From positions 48,233-112,232 of the forward strand of contig JACRJM010000002.1 of the NCBI GenBank assembly GCA_016219965.1: 64,000 nucleotides of DNA. The letters run 5' to 3'. Position 1 is the first letter of the stretch; each line of letters opens with the position of its first letter. Source of the DNA: Candidatus Schekmanbacteria bacterium (GTDB lineage: Bacteria; Schekmanbacteria; GWA2-38-11; J061). Position numbers and translations under genes: made by a program. This document shows, piece by piece, positions 43,909 to 52,642 of the stretch. The notes below the pieces were generated by a model. That model worked only from the letters and a program-made list of their open reading frames with translations, was not told the origin of the DNA and made no database searches.

Positions 43909-45738
43909 ATGGAAACGCTCAATATTGCAAGGCCGGATTACAACCCAAAAGTATCAAAAATCCCGGAGTTAATAGGCAGGCACCCAGGAACGATTGCACC
44001 TGTTATCAAATGCAGGCCGCAGGCTGTACAGATCGTAACACCTGTAAGCGGCTCCCGCGTTTCAGGAAAAATTGAGATTAAAGTGAGAATCAGGGATGGT
44101 TATCCTGAGGTCTCCGACAACCTTAAGAAAATAGCCGTCACAGTGAACGGGGAGAAATTTGAGTTCAATCAATCACCCTGTTCTGTTTTTTATGACACGG
44201 CACCGCTCGGTTTCCGCATTATGAAAATAAAAGCAGAGGCCATAGGGAAGGGTGAAGAAGGGGAAAACGATGTCCTTTCATCATACTACATAAATGTTGC
44301 CGCAGAGAACGGCGCATTTGACAGGACAAAGCCCCTTATCCTTTTTACAGGCGTCATAGAGCCAAAGCTCACCAACATAGACAAGCCGTGGACTTCTCAA
44401 ATGTACAAGGACTGTTATCTTTTTTCTAAGAACATAATGGACCATCTCATGCATTATGGGTTTGTTCCATCATTTTTAAAAGAGGTCGATCAGTTGAGCG
44501 TGCTTATCGATCCCACTCAGCCTAAAAAAGGTTTTGAGGAATACACGCCTGTTAAACTTATTGATGTGCTTGGAAGGGAAAAGGGACCAGGACAGGAAAA
44601 GACATACACGGAGATGATTCCAGACTGTGTCTGGATGGAGCCTACCAAGACAAGGCTAGGAACTGTGCTTCGCGGCTATCATACTCCGAACTCCTTTACA
44701 CCGAATGATATGGCGGATATTTACGAAGTCTTTGCCGCAAGGGTGTGCACATACTACAATCAATTTGAAAAGTTTTCCGGAATGAGGGGATGGGACCAGA
44801 CCCAGATGCTTTTTAACGACGTAATGGAGAGGCTCGAAAAGGCGGGTTATAATTATCCCTGGGAACCATATTCACTTCTCATTGGTGAAAAGCCGCATAC
44901 CCTGAAGGAAAAGATAAAAAAACATGTTCTTCAAAACAACATCTCAAGCGTTCTTCTTTCAGACTATCTCACAGACCTTTCAGATTTTGAAGATGCCAAG
45001 TGCCTCTGGGAGGAAGCGCAGGAGGCTGTTGATCTTGTGGCGCAGGAAACTGGCAGGAAGCTTCAGCTCGCAGTCCTCTGGTCAACCGGGGGAAGACTGA
45101 TGGGAATCCATCCGGGTTTTGCGGAGGCGGCGTTAAAAGTCACGCAAAATGAGATAGAGTCATCTGGCATCCCTGAAAATGCAAAAATTGGTATGATCCT
45201 TGGCGAGCATGGCTATCCTCCGGGCAATGGCGACGAGGACGTGATCGGGATCAACATGGAGCGGGTTAGACAGAACATGAGAAGCCATTATGACAGGAAG
45301 CTTAAAGGGCTGAGAAAAGGATATACAGAGTACCATCTTGGCATGAATGAATTTAACAACAATCCGGAATCATACCAGATTGGCTCAATGGAATGGATGG
45401 TTGACTATCTCCACAGGGGCTTTGACTGTATCATCTTCCAGCCCTACTACTTTACGAACGAGACCATAGACCTCTTTGAACATCTGCGCCACTGGGCATT
45501 TGAAGTGGATGGCGTTGATGGCCATGAATTCCACGGCGGCCATGAGGTGCTTGACAATTACAGGAGCGATTTCAATTTCAGAGGGACAAGGATAATAATC
45601 ACCGGCTCTATCGTCGGCAGGTATGAAAAAGACGGCGCAAAATCGCCGCTCCTAAAGGAAGGCTATAATCTTTTCACAGGAGCGATTGCAGAGCAGATCG
45701 GGGAAAGGATAGAAGAGCTCGGTGTTCCTTCAATATGA
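43909..45738 (+). CDS. Hypothetical protein (Ig-like N-terminal segment; weakly chelatase-like C-terminal region)
   Basis: 609-aa ORF with a GAGGGGGG RBS. An Ig-like segment is VQIVTPVSGSRVSGKIEIKVRIRDG. The C-terminal GEHGYPPG ... FQPYYFTNETIDLFEHL weakly recalls class II chelatase/ferrochelatase motifs. Confidence 0.3.
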   Translation: METLNIARPDYNPKVSKIPELIGRHPGTIAPVIKCRPQAVQIVTPVSGSRVSGKIEIKVRIRDGYPEVSDNLKKIAVTVNGEKFEFNQSPCSVFYDTAPLGFRIMKIKAEAIGKGEEGENDVLSSYYINVAAENGAFDRTKPLILFTGVIEPKLTNIDKPWTSQMYKDCYLFSKNIMDHLMHYGFVPSFLKEVDQLSVLIDPTQPKKGFEEYTPVKLIDVLGREKGPGQEKTYTEMIPDCVWMEPTKTRLGTVLRGYHTPNSFTPNDMADIYEVFAARVCTYYNQFEKFSGMRGWDQTQMLFNDVMERLEKAGYNYPWEPYSLLIGEKPHTLKEKIKKHVLQNNISSVLLSDYLTDLSDFEDAKCLWEEAQEAVDLVAQETGRKLQLAVLWSTGGRLMGIHPGFAEAALKVTQNEIESSGIPENAKIGMILGEHGYPPGNGDEDVIGINMERVRQNMRSHYDRKLKGLRKGYTEYHLGMNEFNNNPESYQIGSMEWMVDYLHRGFDCIIFQPYYFTNETIDLFEHLRHWAFEVDGVDGHEFHGGHEVLDNYRSDFNFRGTRIIITGSIVGRYEKDGAKSPLLKEGYNLFTGAIAEQIGERIEELGVPSI

Positions 45739-46760
45739 TGGATAAAGCAACTTTCAGGTACACGGTTTTCTTTATGATCCTTGCTGTCCTGCTGATGGTT
45801 TCCATTCTCTTTGGATATTCATTCTGGAAACCGGGGTTAGATGTCACAGACGGAAGATATGATGTAGGGAAAAACGGCATCTGGATCCAGCACGGCTGGA
45901 TTGGCGGCGACGAATGGTTTGTTGAAAACGATAAAAAAGACAGGATCATTGATTTCAGGAATGCCGAACGGGTTAAAGCGCTTGCAACGCAATTGAGGGA
46001 ACACAATATCACATATGTGTTCCCTCACCTTTGTCCCACTTCTGTAAACGGTGTAATCCCGAACGTTGATTCTGAACAGACCAAACTCTTTCTTAAGACT
46101 TTTGAAGGTTTAAATGTCATGCCCTGGGTTGGCGGAGTCAGAGGCATTCAGGCTTTCCCTGAAAAACCTGAATGGAGGAAAAACTTTGCCGGGTCTATCC
46201 GCAATCTGCTTACAACTTATCCGGAATTTTCAGGCATCCATATCAATATTGAACCATCCCCTGTTAGCTCAAGGGAATTCCTTGTTTTGCTCGATGAAGT
46301 GAAAAGTGCGTTTCCGGAAGATGGAAAAAAGAGGATACTGTCTGTTGCAATATCCTCGCCTCCAATGCTTTCGAATCCATTCTCCAAAGCAAACAGGAAG
46401 AAGGATTACTACCGCGAAGTTGCAAAGCATTGCGACCAGATGGTGGTCATGATGTATGATACGTCTATCCAGTTTGAGAAGGTATATCAATATTTAATGG
46501 CTAAATGGACGCAGGAGATAATCTCCTGGTCAGGCGAGAGAGACGTTCTTCTGGGGATTCCTGCCTACAAGGACGAAGGAGTTTATTATCATAATCCAAG
46601 GGTTGAGAACATTGAGAATGCACTTCTTGGAATTAATGCAGGGCTTAGCCATTACGCTACGCTTCCCAAAAACTATCAGGGAATATCTATATATTGCGAA
46701 TGGGAGATGGAACCCGACGAATGGAAGTTATTGGAGGAGCACTTCCAGCAGTTAAAGTAA
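45735..46760 (+). CDS. Membrane-anchored GH18-like (chitinase-fold TIM barrel) protein
   Basis: 341-aa ORF whose ATG overlaps the upstream stop (ATGA). It has an N-terminal TM helix. SGIHINIEP sits where GH18 has DGxDxDxE. MMYD and LLGIPAY match the GH18 MxYD and GxPxYG strands. Confidence 0.45.
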   Translation: MMDKATFRYTVFFMILAVLLMVSILFGYSFWKPGLDVTDGRYDVGKNGIWIQHGWIGGDEWFVENDKKDRIIDFRNAERVKALATQLREHNITYVFPHLCPTSVNGVIPNVDSEQTKLFLKTFEGLNVMPWVGGVRGIQAFPEKPEWRKNFAGSIRNLLTTYPEFSGIHINIEPSPVSSREFLVLLDEVKSAFPEDGKKRILSVAISSPPMLSNPFSKANRKKDYYREVAKHCDQMVVMMYDTSIQFEKVYQYLMAKWTQEIISWSGERDVLLGIPAYKDEGVYYHNPRVENIENALLGINAGLSHYATLPKNYQGISIYCEWEMEPDEWKLLEEHFQQLK

Positions 46761-46797
46761 ACTATCCATATTTGTGAAGCTGGTTGAGTTTTAAACT

Positions 46798-47127
46798 TTA
46801 TTGACTCAGCTTAGTGCTGGTAAGACGATTAAGGCTGACTCCTGCCTCAGCAGCCTGGATTGCAAGCTTCTGATGGACTTGCGGAGGAACGCGCACCATA
46901 AATTTACCGCTGTAATGTCTTGATGCAATTGGTTCTGGCACATCTTCTCCTTCGTTACGCATGTCTTTTACCACTTTTTCAACTAATTTACGGATTCCTT
47001 TTAATGCCCCCTCAGGAGTCTTTGCCAGCCAGCTTAGACTGTGGAATTCAGCGCACAACCCAGCATATTCATTGTCGTCCTCGGACCATGTTATCCGGTA
47101 CGTGTACTTATCTTTTTTCATAGTCAT
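46798..47127 (-). CDS. hicB: HicB-family antitoxin
   Basis: The ATG at 47127 follows GGAGGT. YRITWSEDDNEYAGLCAEFHSLSWLAKTPEGALKGI is the HicB N-domain. The C-terminal RHH-like part is FMVRVPPQVHQKLAIQAAEAGVSLNRL. Confidence 0.85.
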   Translation of the reverse strand: MTMKKDKYTYRITWSEDDNEYAGLCAEFHSLSWLAKTPEGALKGIRKLVEKVVKDMRNEGEDVPEPIASRHYSGKFMVRVPPQVHQKLAIQAAEAGVSLNRLTSTKLSQ

Positions 47128-47161
47128 GATATACCTCCAATCGTTCAAGAGCGAGAAGCAC

Positions 47162-47320
47162 CTACTTTACCTGATATACTTTTGCCTTTCCCTTGTTATT
47201 CTGAATATTTATTCTTGGGTATCCTTGCCATGGGGTTTTGTAAATTCGATGACTGCTCCCATGTTGACGAGGGGAAGTTGTTAGAAAATCATTTTGTGCG
47301 GGGAAAATAAAATCACCAGT
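47162..47320 (-). pseudogene. hicA: HicA-family toxin remnant (5' end interrupted by the IS30 element; apparent premature TAG)
   Basis: My own minus-strand translation gives ...RQHGSSHRIYKTPWQGYPRINIQNNKGKAKVYQVK*. The GSxH and KGKAKxYQVK motifs are HicA-like. There is no start codon between the IS end and the motif. The frame past the TAG continues as VLLALERLEV. Confidence 0.6.
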
Positions 47321-48370
47321 TCAATAATGAAGTGCAACACTTGGGAAAGCAGAAAGGAAGATGCTATCCTAAGTTGCTATGTCAAAAGAATACATTCATT
47401 TAAGTATATTTGAAAGAGATAAAATTACTATTATGCTTTCAGAGAAGAAAACACTTGGAGAGATAGGAAAAGAGCTTGGGCGAAGTAAAAGCACTATCTC
47501 GCGGGAGTTAAAGCGCAATTCTTCTCCAGAGTATAAGCTCTACTTGTCACACAGAGCTCATACTCGTTCTGTTTTGAGACGAGAGGCGGCAAGTTCACGC
47601 GCGAGGCTTAAAGACAAGCACATCAAGTTATATGTGCGCGACAAGCTCAAGGAAGGCTGGTCGCCTGAGCAGATATCAGGAAGAATAGGCATTGATTTTC
47701 CATGCCTCTCAATAAGCCATGAGGCGATTTATCAGTATGTTTACAGCTCTGAAACAGAGGGACGTCAGGATTTGATTCAGTGCCTGAGACGGTCACATCG
47801 TAAGCGCAAAAGCAAGGGGATCTCGAGGAAAGTGCGTAAAACAAAGATACCCAACAGGATATCTATAGAGCAAAGACCGGCAGCAGTGGAAGCACGTCTT
47901 GAGGCTGGACACTGGGAATCAGACAGCCTGGTATCCAGAAAAAGCCATGTTGCCCTTAACTCGCTGGTAGAACGAAAGAGCCGGTTGCTGAGGCTCACGA
48001 AACTGAACCGAAAAACAGCCGCATCTACATACGAGGTTATTGTTGAAAGGTTAAAAGACCTTCCTATTGAGGCGAGAAGGACGCTAACCATGGATAACGG
48101 CACTGAAAATGCAGAGCATCAGGAGATTACTGCTGCCATTGGAATAAAATGTTATTTTGCTCATCCATACGCCTCATGGGAGCGCGGAACTAATGAAAAT
48201 ATCAATGGTCTCATAAGGTGGTACTTACCAAAAGGTACTGACTTTAATACCATAACCAACGAACAAATAGCTCGCATCGAATCATTGATTAACAATAGGC
48301 CAAAAAAGTGCCTTGACTATAAAACACCATTAGAAGTAGCTTCTCAATTTGTTGCACTTCGAGGTTGAAT
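47320..48370 (+). mobile_element. IS30-family insertion sequence (about 1.05 kb)
   Basis: Imperfect terminal inverted repeats are TTCAATAATGAAGTGCAACACTTG (left) and CAATTTGTTGCACTTCGAGGTTGAA (right), sharing the core GAAGTGCAACA. The transposase stop lies inside the right IR. The exact ends are uncertain by a few bp. Confidence 0.75.
47379..48368 (+). CDS. IS30-family transposase
   Basis: 329-aa ORF. The N-terminal HTH is LGEIGKELGRSKSTISRELKRN. It also has GHWESD and LTMDNGTE..H...........YFAHPYASWERGTNENINGLIR, the IS30 DDE signature. Confidence 0.9.
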   Translation: MSKEYIHLSIFERDKITIMLSEKKTLGEIGKELGRSKSTISRELKRNSSPEYKLYLSHRAHTRSVLRREAASSRARLKDKHIKLYVRDKLKEGWSPEQISGRIGIDFPCLSISHEAIYQYVYSSETEGRQDLIQCLRRSHRKRKSKGISRKVRKTKIPNRISIEQRPAAVEARLEAGHWESDSLVSRKSHVALNSLVERKSRLLRLTKLNRKTAASTYEVIVERLKDLPIEARRTLTMDNGTENAEHQEITAAIGIKCYFAHPYASWERGTNENINGLIRWYLPKGTDFNTITNEQIARIESLINNRPKKCLDYKTPLEVASQFVALRG

Positions 48371-48417
48371 GTAGGAATATATGTCTGTACCCAACGAAAA
48401 AAATTGCTGAAAAAAAA

Positions 48418-49053
48418 TTATTTTTTTCTTGGAGGCCATAGGGCTTCTTTTATTAATCTTTTTTCAATAACTTGTTCAGAAACTCCAAAATATCGCGCTA
48501 TCCCCGGTGAAATGTATTCTCGTGTAGATTCACCTGACGAGTCCCATGTATCAAAGCCTTTAGTTTGCGCTATTGATACAGAGTGATCGAGCCTTTCAAC
48601 TAGTTTTTCTCTTGGGACAAGCAACCTCCCTGCAAATTCATAGGCATGTTGTTCAATCCATGTATATTCATCATCTGGTATTTCTTGAAAAAAATCTATC
48701 CATTCTTCAACTGAGGAATACTGAATTTTTGAAAAGATATCGGGATGAAGTACAAAGTGGCCTACTTCATGAGCCATGGAGAATCTCAATCTGTTTTCTG
48801 CGCGTTCATTTAAGAAGTCTTTTTGATCAACGACAATTGTTTTAAGATCTCCAAGCAGAAGGGCATCAACATCACCAGCTTCTCGCAAATTATTAATCGG
48901 GCGTATTTCTATTTCTAATTCAAATTCAATAAGCTCAAAAATATCAATAGGGATAATATTGGAAGGCCAATACTTGGAGCGAAATGCATCAGCTTTAGCT
49001 CTTATATCATCAATCTTTATAAAAGGTGCTTTAAATTTTTTTGGCTCTAACAC
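48418..49053 (-). CDS. ImmA/IrrE-family zinc metallopeptidase
   Basis: 211-aa ORF with an HEXXH motif (MAHEVGHFVLH). It sits immediately downstream of an XRE-type gene. Confidence 0.8.
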   Translation of the reverse strand: MLEPKKFKAPFIKIDDIRAKADAFRSKYWPSNIIPIDIFELIEFELEIEIRPINNLREAGDVDALLLGDLKTIVVDQKDFLNERAENRLRFSMAHEVGHFVLHPDIFSKIQYSSVEEWIDFFQEIPDDEYTWIEQHAYEFAGRLLVPREKLVERLDHSVSIAQTKGFDTWDSSGESTREYISPGIARYFGVSEQVIEKRLIKEALWPPRKK

Positions 49054-49059
49054 GGAAGA

Positions 49060-49437
49060 TTAACTTTTCTTAATTTTATCTGCTAATTTACGCATTTCTT
49101 CTTTGGTTGGTTTTTGTCCTCGCAATGTTCGAAAAAACACCGGGAGCAAATTGACGACTTCTGCATCAGATATAAGGTCCTTAGGTATAATTCCCCGCGC
49201 TATGGAAGCAAGATCAACAAATGTGTACCAGTCATCACTGCCAACATCAATTCCAAGAGCTTTAGCGTACCTTTCGAGAATATCCGGGTCCTGAGGAGGC
49301 GGCATAGTGTCGCGTTCAAGCCGGCTGATATTGGCTGGGTCTGCCAATGCCTTCAAACAAAATTCTCTTAAAGTTATCCTCTTTTTCTTGCGGAGACTCT
49401 TAAGGAATTCTCCAAAAGACTTATATTGGTTAGCCAT
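49060..49437 (-). CDS. XRE-family helix-turn-helix transcriptional regulator
   Basis: The start is the Met at 49437 (MANQYKSFGEFLKSLRKKKRITLREFCLKA...ISRLERD). The longer track ORF adds an implausible N-terminus. Confidence 0.75.
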   Translation of the reverse strand: MANQYKSFGEFLKSLRKKKRITLREFCLKALADPANISRLERDTMPPPQDPDILERYAKALGIDVGSDDWYTFVDLASIARGIIPKDLISDAEVVNLLPVFFRTLRGQKPTKEEMRKLADKIKKS

Positions 49438-49779
49438 AACCTGCCCTCTTTTTGAATTTGTATTTATTGTACAAATAATACAACATATTTTGTTGATGTC
49501 AAATGATTTATAATTGTAAATTGTTGTAGTCTGGTCTTCAGCTATCAAATATTTATTTCAAACCGTTTTTATTTTCTTAAATTTTTCCATTTCTGGCAAC
49601 AAGCCGTGAAGTTTACCCCCATCTCTTTTTAAATTGTCATTATTAATACATGGTGTCGGATTTCAGGACATTTTATTTCTTTTTGAAAAAACAGAAAACC
49701 ATCTGGGAATCTGTTATTGCAAAATATTATCTAAATATTTCAATTAGTAGCAGTTATCTTCAATAAATTATCAAATAAG

Positions 49780-49795
49780 TGGCATGTGTCTTGCT
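49780..49795 (+). promoter_or_regulatory. Sigma-54-type (-24/-12) promoter upstream of a PEP-CTERM protein gene
   Basis: TGGCAT-gtgtc-TTGCT has the GG and GC dinucleotides at the correct spacing. It lies 38 nt upstream of the ATG at 49833. Confidence 0.55.
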
Positions 49796-49832
49796 ATATT
49801 TTTCTTTGAAATGTGAAAACGGGGGGTATGTC

Positions 49833-50387
49833 ATGAAGAAGTCTATTTCCTTTTCAATAATAGCATGTCTTTTTTTATGTTTATGCGCTCTCACAGAAGT
49901 GAACGCAATACAGGTTCCGGTTACACTTACAATAGATGAAATATTAACTGAAAGTAACCCTTATGAGGTAAACGTTGGAGATACATTTGACTGGCTTGTA
50001 AAATATGATGAAACTCAAATAGTCACATACGGTACAGATGAATGGCTGTTTCCCTATCTGGACCCTACGTTTGACATAAATGGCGCAGTTGGAACATTCT
50101 CATTTGATATTAATGACGTCTTTGCCATGACTTTAATGTATCCTCTGCATTTCACCGGCGGGTCTCTTGACGGATTTTATATGCTCTATATTCTTGATCT
50201 GCCATCATACGTTAATTATGCAGGCGGCATGAATCAGTATCTATTGATGAATGCTGATGGTAACGAGCTTTATAGAGGATCATTTGTTTTTGGAGCAGTA
50301 TCACCTGTCCCTGAACCATCCACCTTTATTCTTCTCCTTGCAGGCTTGGCAGGTATTGCCGGCTTTAAGATTATGAGAAGAAGATAG
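49833..50387 (+). CDS. PEP-CTERM sorting-domain protein
   Basis: A signal peptide is present (MKKSISFSIIACLFLCLCAL). The C-terminus is VPEPSTFILLLAGLAGIAGFKIMRRR. Confidence 0.8.
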   Translation: MKKSISFSIIACLFLCLCALTEVNAIQVPVTLTIDEILTESNPYEVNVGDTFDWLVKYDETQIVTYGTDEWLFPYLDPTFDINGAVGTFSFDINDVFAMTLMYPLHFTGGSLDGFYMLYILDLPSYVNYAGGMNQYLLMNADGNELYRGSFVFGAVSPVPEPSTFILLLAGLAGIAGFKIMRRR

Positions 50388-50501
50388 TTAAGCGGTATAG
50401 CAAAGCCAATATCGCGCTCAACATAACCTGTCACAATATTACATGTCGTGTTGCTTTTTGCCCCTATGTGAAGAAATAATTTGAACACACTATTTAGTGT
50501 T

Positions 50502-51449
50502 TCAATTCCTCTCCCTCAGGAAAACATATATCTCCGTAAAAAGAATATTCCTTCTGATTATGGTGAGAAGACTGCTTGCGAACGCACGTGGTGTTTTGAA
50601 TGTGAGAAGGTGCGGGAGCTGAATTGTTAACGGCACTTTTACTTCTTCCATCCCTGCTGCTTCAGCCATCTTGAGGACTGAGTTCCGTGTGAAACAGTTG
50701 ATGTGCTCGAGAGGGCTTACTGGGTTGAGAGAGTTCTTAGTTCCCTTTGGTGCCTGCCAGTTTTCAATGCGGAGTCTTCTTTTTATGTCAGAACCATCAG
50801 GAACGCTGATTTTTATGAGGCCAGCCTCTCTCAGACCTTTTTTTAGATATTTCAAAGTCTCAAGTGGATTGGAGATATGCTCAAAGACCTGCTCTGTGGT
50901 TATAAAATCAAAATTGCCGCCGGGAATTTCATCCCATGAAATTGTTTTAACTCCCTGCGATTTTGCATGAGAAATTCTTTCTTCTGAGAGTTCGGTGCCA
51001 AAACAATCACAGCCGGCTTTATTTGCCTCAATGCACCAGAGCCCCCATCCCATACCAAAATCAAGCATCTTAATGTCAGATGGGTTTTCTCCCATAAAAG
51101 AGATAATCATCTCTATTTCACGCGCATATTTATAGGCAAAACTCTCTCCCTTTTCTTCCACCTCGGTTTTTCGCGCAAGCTCAGGGGATATCCATTCACA
51201 ATAAATTTTTTTAGAAAGAAGATCATTGGGGACTTCTTTCTGATAGATGTTCCCGCAGAGAGTGCACTCCTCAAGTTGAAAAAGTGCATCTTCAAGATAT
51301 TCGAATTCTATTTTCCCCTGAGGCGTGTAGAAAGATTGAAGGAATTCTTTTATTGGAGAGCTTAGATAGTTTTTAGAATATATTGTTTTCGAACTGCTGT
51401 TCCCGCATGCAGGGCAGGATTGCCTAAGAGAGAAGTATTTCCCGCTCAT
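50502..51449 (-). CDS. SAM-dependent methyltransferase with N-terminal Cys4 zinc ribbon
   Basis: 315-aa ORF with CPACG...CTLCG. Motif I is MLDFGMGWGLW. Confidence 0.7.
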   Translation of the reverse strand: MSGKYFSLRQSCPACGNSSSKTIYSKNYLSSPIKEFLQSFYTPQGKIEFEYLEDALFQLEECTLCGNIYQKEVPNDLLSKKIYCEWISPELARKTEVEEKGESFAYKYAREIEMIISFMGENPSDIKMLDFGMGWGLWCIEANKAGCDCFGTELSEERISHAKSQGVKTISWDEIPGGNFDFITTEQVFEHISNPLETLKYLKKGLREAGLIKISVPDGSDIKRRLRIENWQAPKGTKNSLNPVSPLEHINCFTRNSVLKMAEAAGMEEVKVPLTIQLPHLLTFKTPRAFASSLLTIIRRNILFTEIYVFLRERN

Positions 51450-51451
51450 CT

Positions 51452-52642
51452 TTAATCGTTATTTTCCGGATGTCTGTTTTTTTGTGACTCTCCATTCAGT
51501 CTTATTTTATTCCCGATCCTTTCAAGGATTGTCACGATTGTAAGAAAAACCACTGACTGCACTACAAGGATAATCGAGTCTACTGTGTCAGCATTTCGAA
51601 GTGCAAGGGCGGAACAGCCCAACCCTATATTTAGAAGAAAAATGAAATGAACGGTTTTTCTTTTTCCGTGAAGGAGAGCATCGAGTCTGTGATGGAGATG
51701 GTCGCGCCCGGTGTATTCAACCCATTCTGTGAAATTATGTATTTTTCCGGTCATGTACCTGTCTATGGTTATATAGAACATGTCATATATGAGGACGCTG
51801 AATATGAGTACAGGGGCAAGGGCTGAGACCACGATACTGTTTTCAGACCAGTCCCCGTTTATTGCCATGCAGGCAAGGACAAAGCCCAAGAAATTCGAGC
51901 CGCTGTCTCCAAGAAAGATTGAAGCATCGCCCTTTAATTTCAGATTGTATGGAAGAAAGCCAAGGCATCCTCCTACAATTGCTATGGCGGTCCAGCCGAG
52001 AAAGGGCTGATGGTTCTGATAGGCAAGGATGCCTATAAATGTTGAGATTATCACAGAGATTCCCGCAGCAAGCCCGTCCATCCCATCAAAGAAATTCATC
52101 GCATTTGTAAGCCCAAGTATCCAGAGGAACGTAAACGGAATATTGAGATACCAGAGCGGAGTATGGGAAGGAAAGATGGTGAGCACAGTTCCTGTGTATA
52201 TAACGATTGCAGTAGCAGCTATCTGAACTAAAAGTCTGTATGCAGCCCTGAGATGGAATTTAACGTCCAGCAGTCCAATAATAATTATGAGAGAAACGGC
52301 TATTAATATCCCTACAAGCTCTTTTGAAAAAATATAATTCACAGCAAGTGAAACAATGAATGATACAAATATGGAAAGCCCTCCCAAAAGCGGAGTTCCT
52401 TTCATGTGGAGCTTGCGCGCGTGGTCTGGCAGATCAAGGAACATCTCTTTTATAGCAACCAACTGTGCCAGAGGGACAAGGAGATAAGTCAGCAGTGATG
52501 AAAAAAGGAGAACATAAACCCACCTGTGCCCAACGCTGTTAAACCAGAATTTTGTTGCCGGCAATACAAGGATCAGGAAGGCGATTAAAGCCGGGATATA
52601 TAGTGGATATGTTATATCTATCTGGCGGCTCTTCTTATCCAA
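51452..52642 (-). CDS. Polyprenyl-phosphate N-acetylhexosamine-1-phosphate transferase (WecA/MraY family)
   Basis: 396-aa polytopic ORF with the signature NAMNFFDGMDGLAAG and the LGDSGSNFLGF motif. Confidence 0.85.
   Translation of the reverse strand: MDKKSRQIDITYPLYIPALIAFLILVLPATKFWFNSVGHRWVYVLLFSSLLTYLLVPLAQLVAIKEMFLDLPDHARKLHMKGTPLLGGLSIFVSFIVSLAVNYIFSKELVGILIAVSLIIIIGLLDVKFHLRAAYRLLVQIAATAIVIYTGTVLTIFPSHTPLWYLNIPFTFLWILGLTNAMNFFDGMDGLAAGISVIISTFIGILAYQNHQPFLGWTAIAIVGGCLGFLPYNLKLKGDASIFLGDSGSNFLGFVLACMAINGDWSENSIVVSALAPVLIFSVLIYDMFYITIDRYMTGKIHNFTEWVEYTGRDHLHHRLDALLHGKRKTVHFIFLLNIGLGCSALALRNADTVDSIILVVQSVVFLTIVTILERIGNKIRLNGESQKNRHPENND

Noticed and set aside
46920-47310. Plus-strand ORFs 46920-47123, 46961-47284 and 47041-47310.
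   Set aside because: They are antisense to hicB and the hicA remnant and have no recognisable features.
48365-48586. 73-aa plus-strand ORF starting in the IS30 right end.
   Set aside because: It overlaps the IS terminus and runs antisense to the ImmA gene, so it is probably spurious. An outward-reading IS promoter effect cannot be judged from sequence alone.
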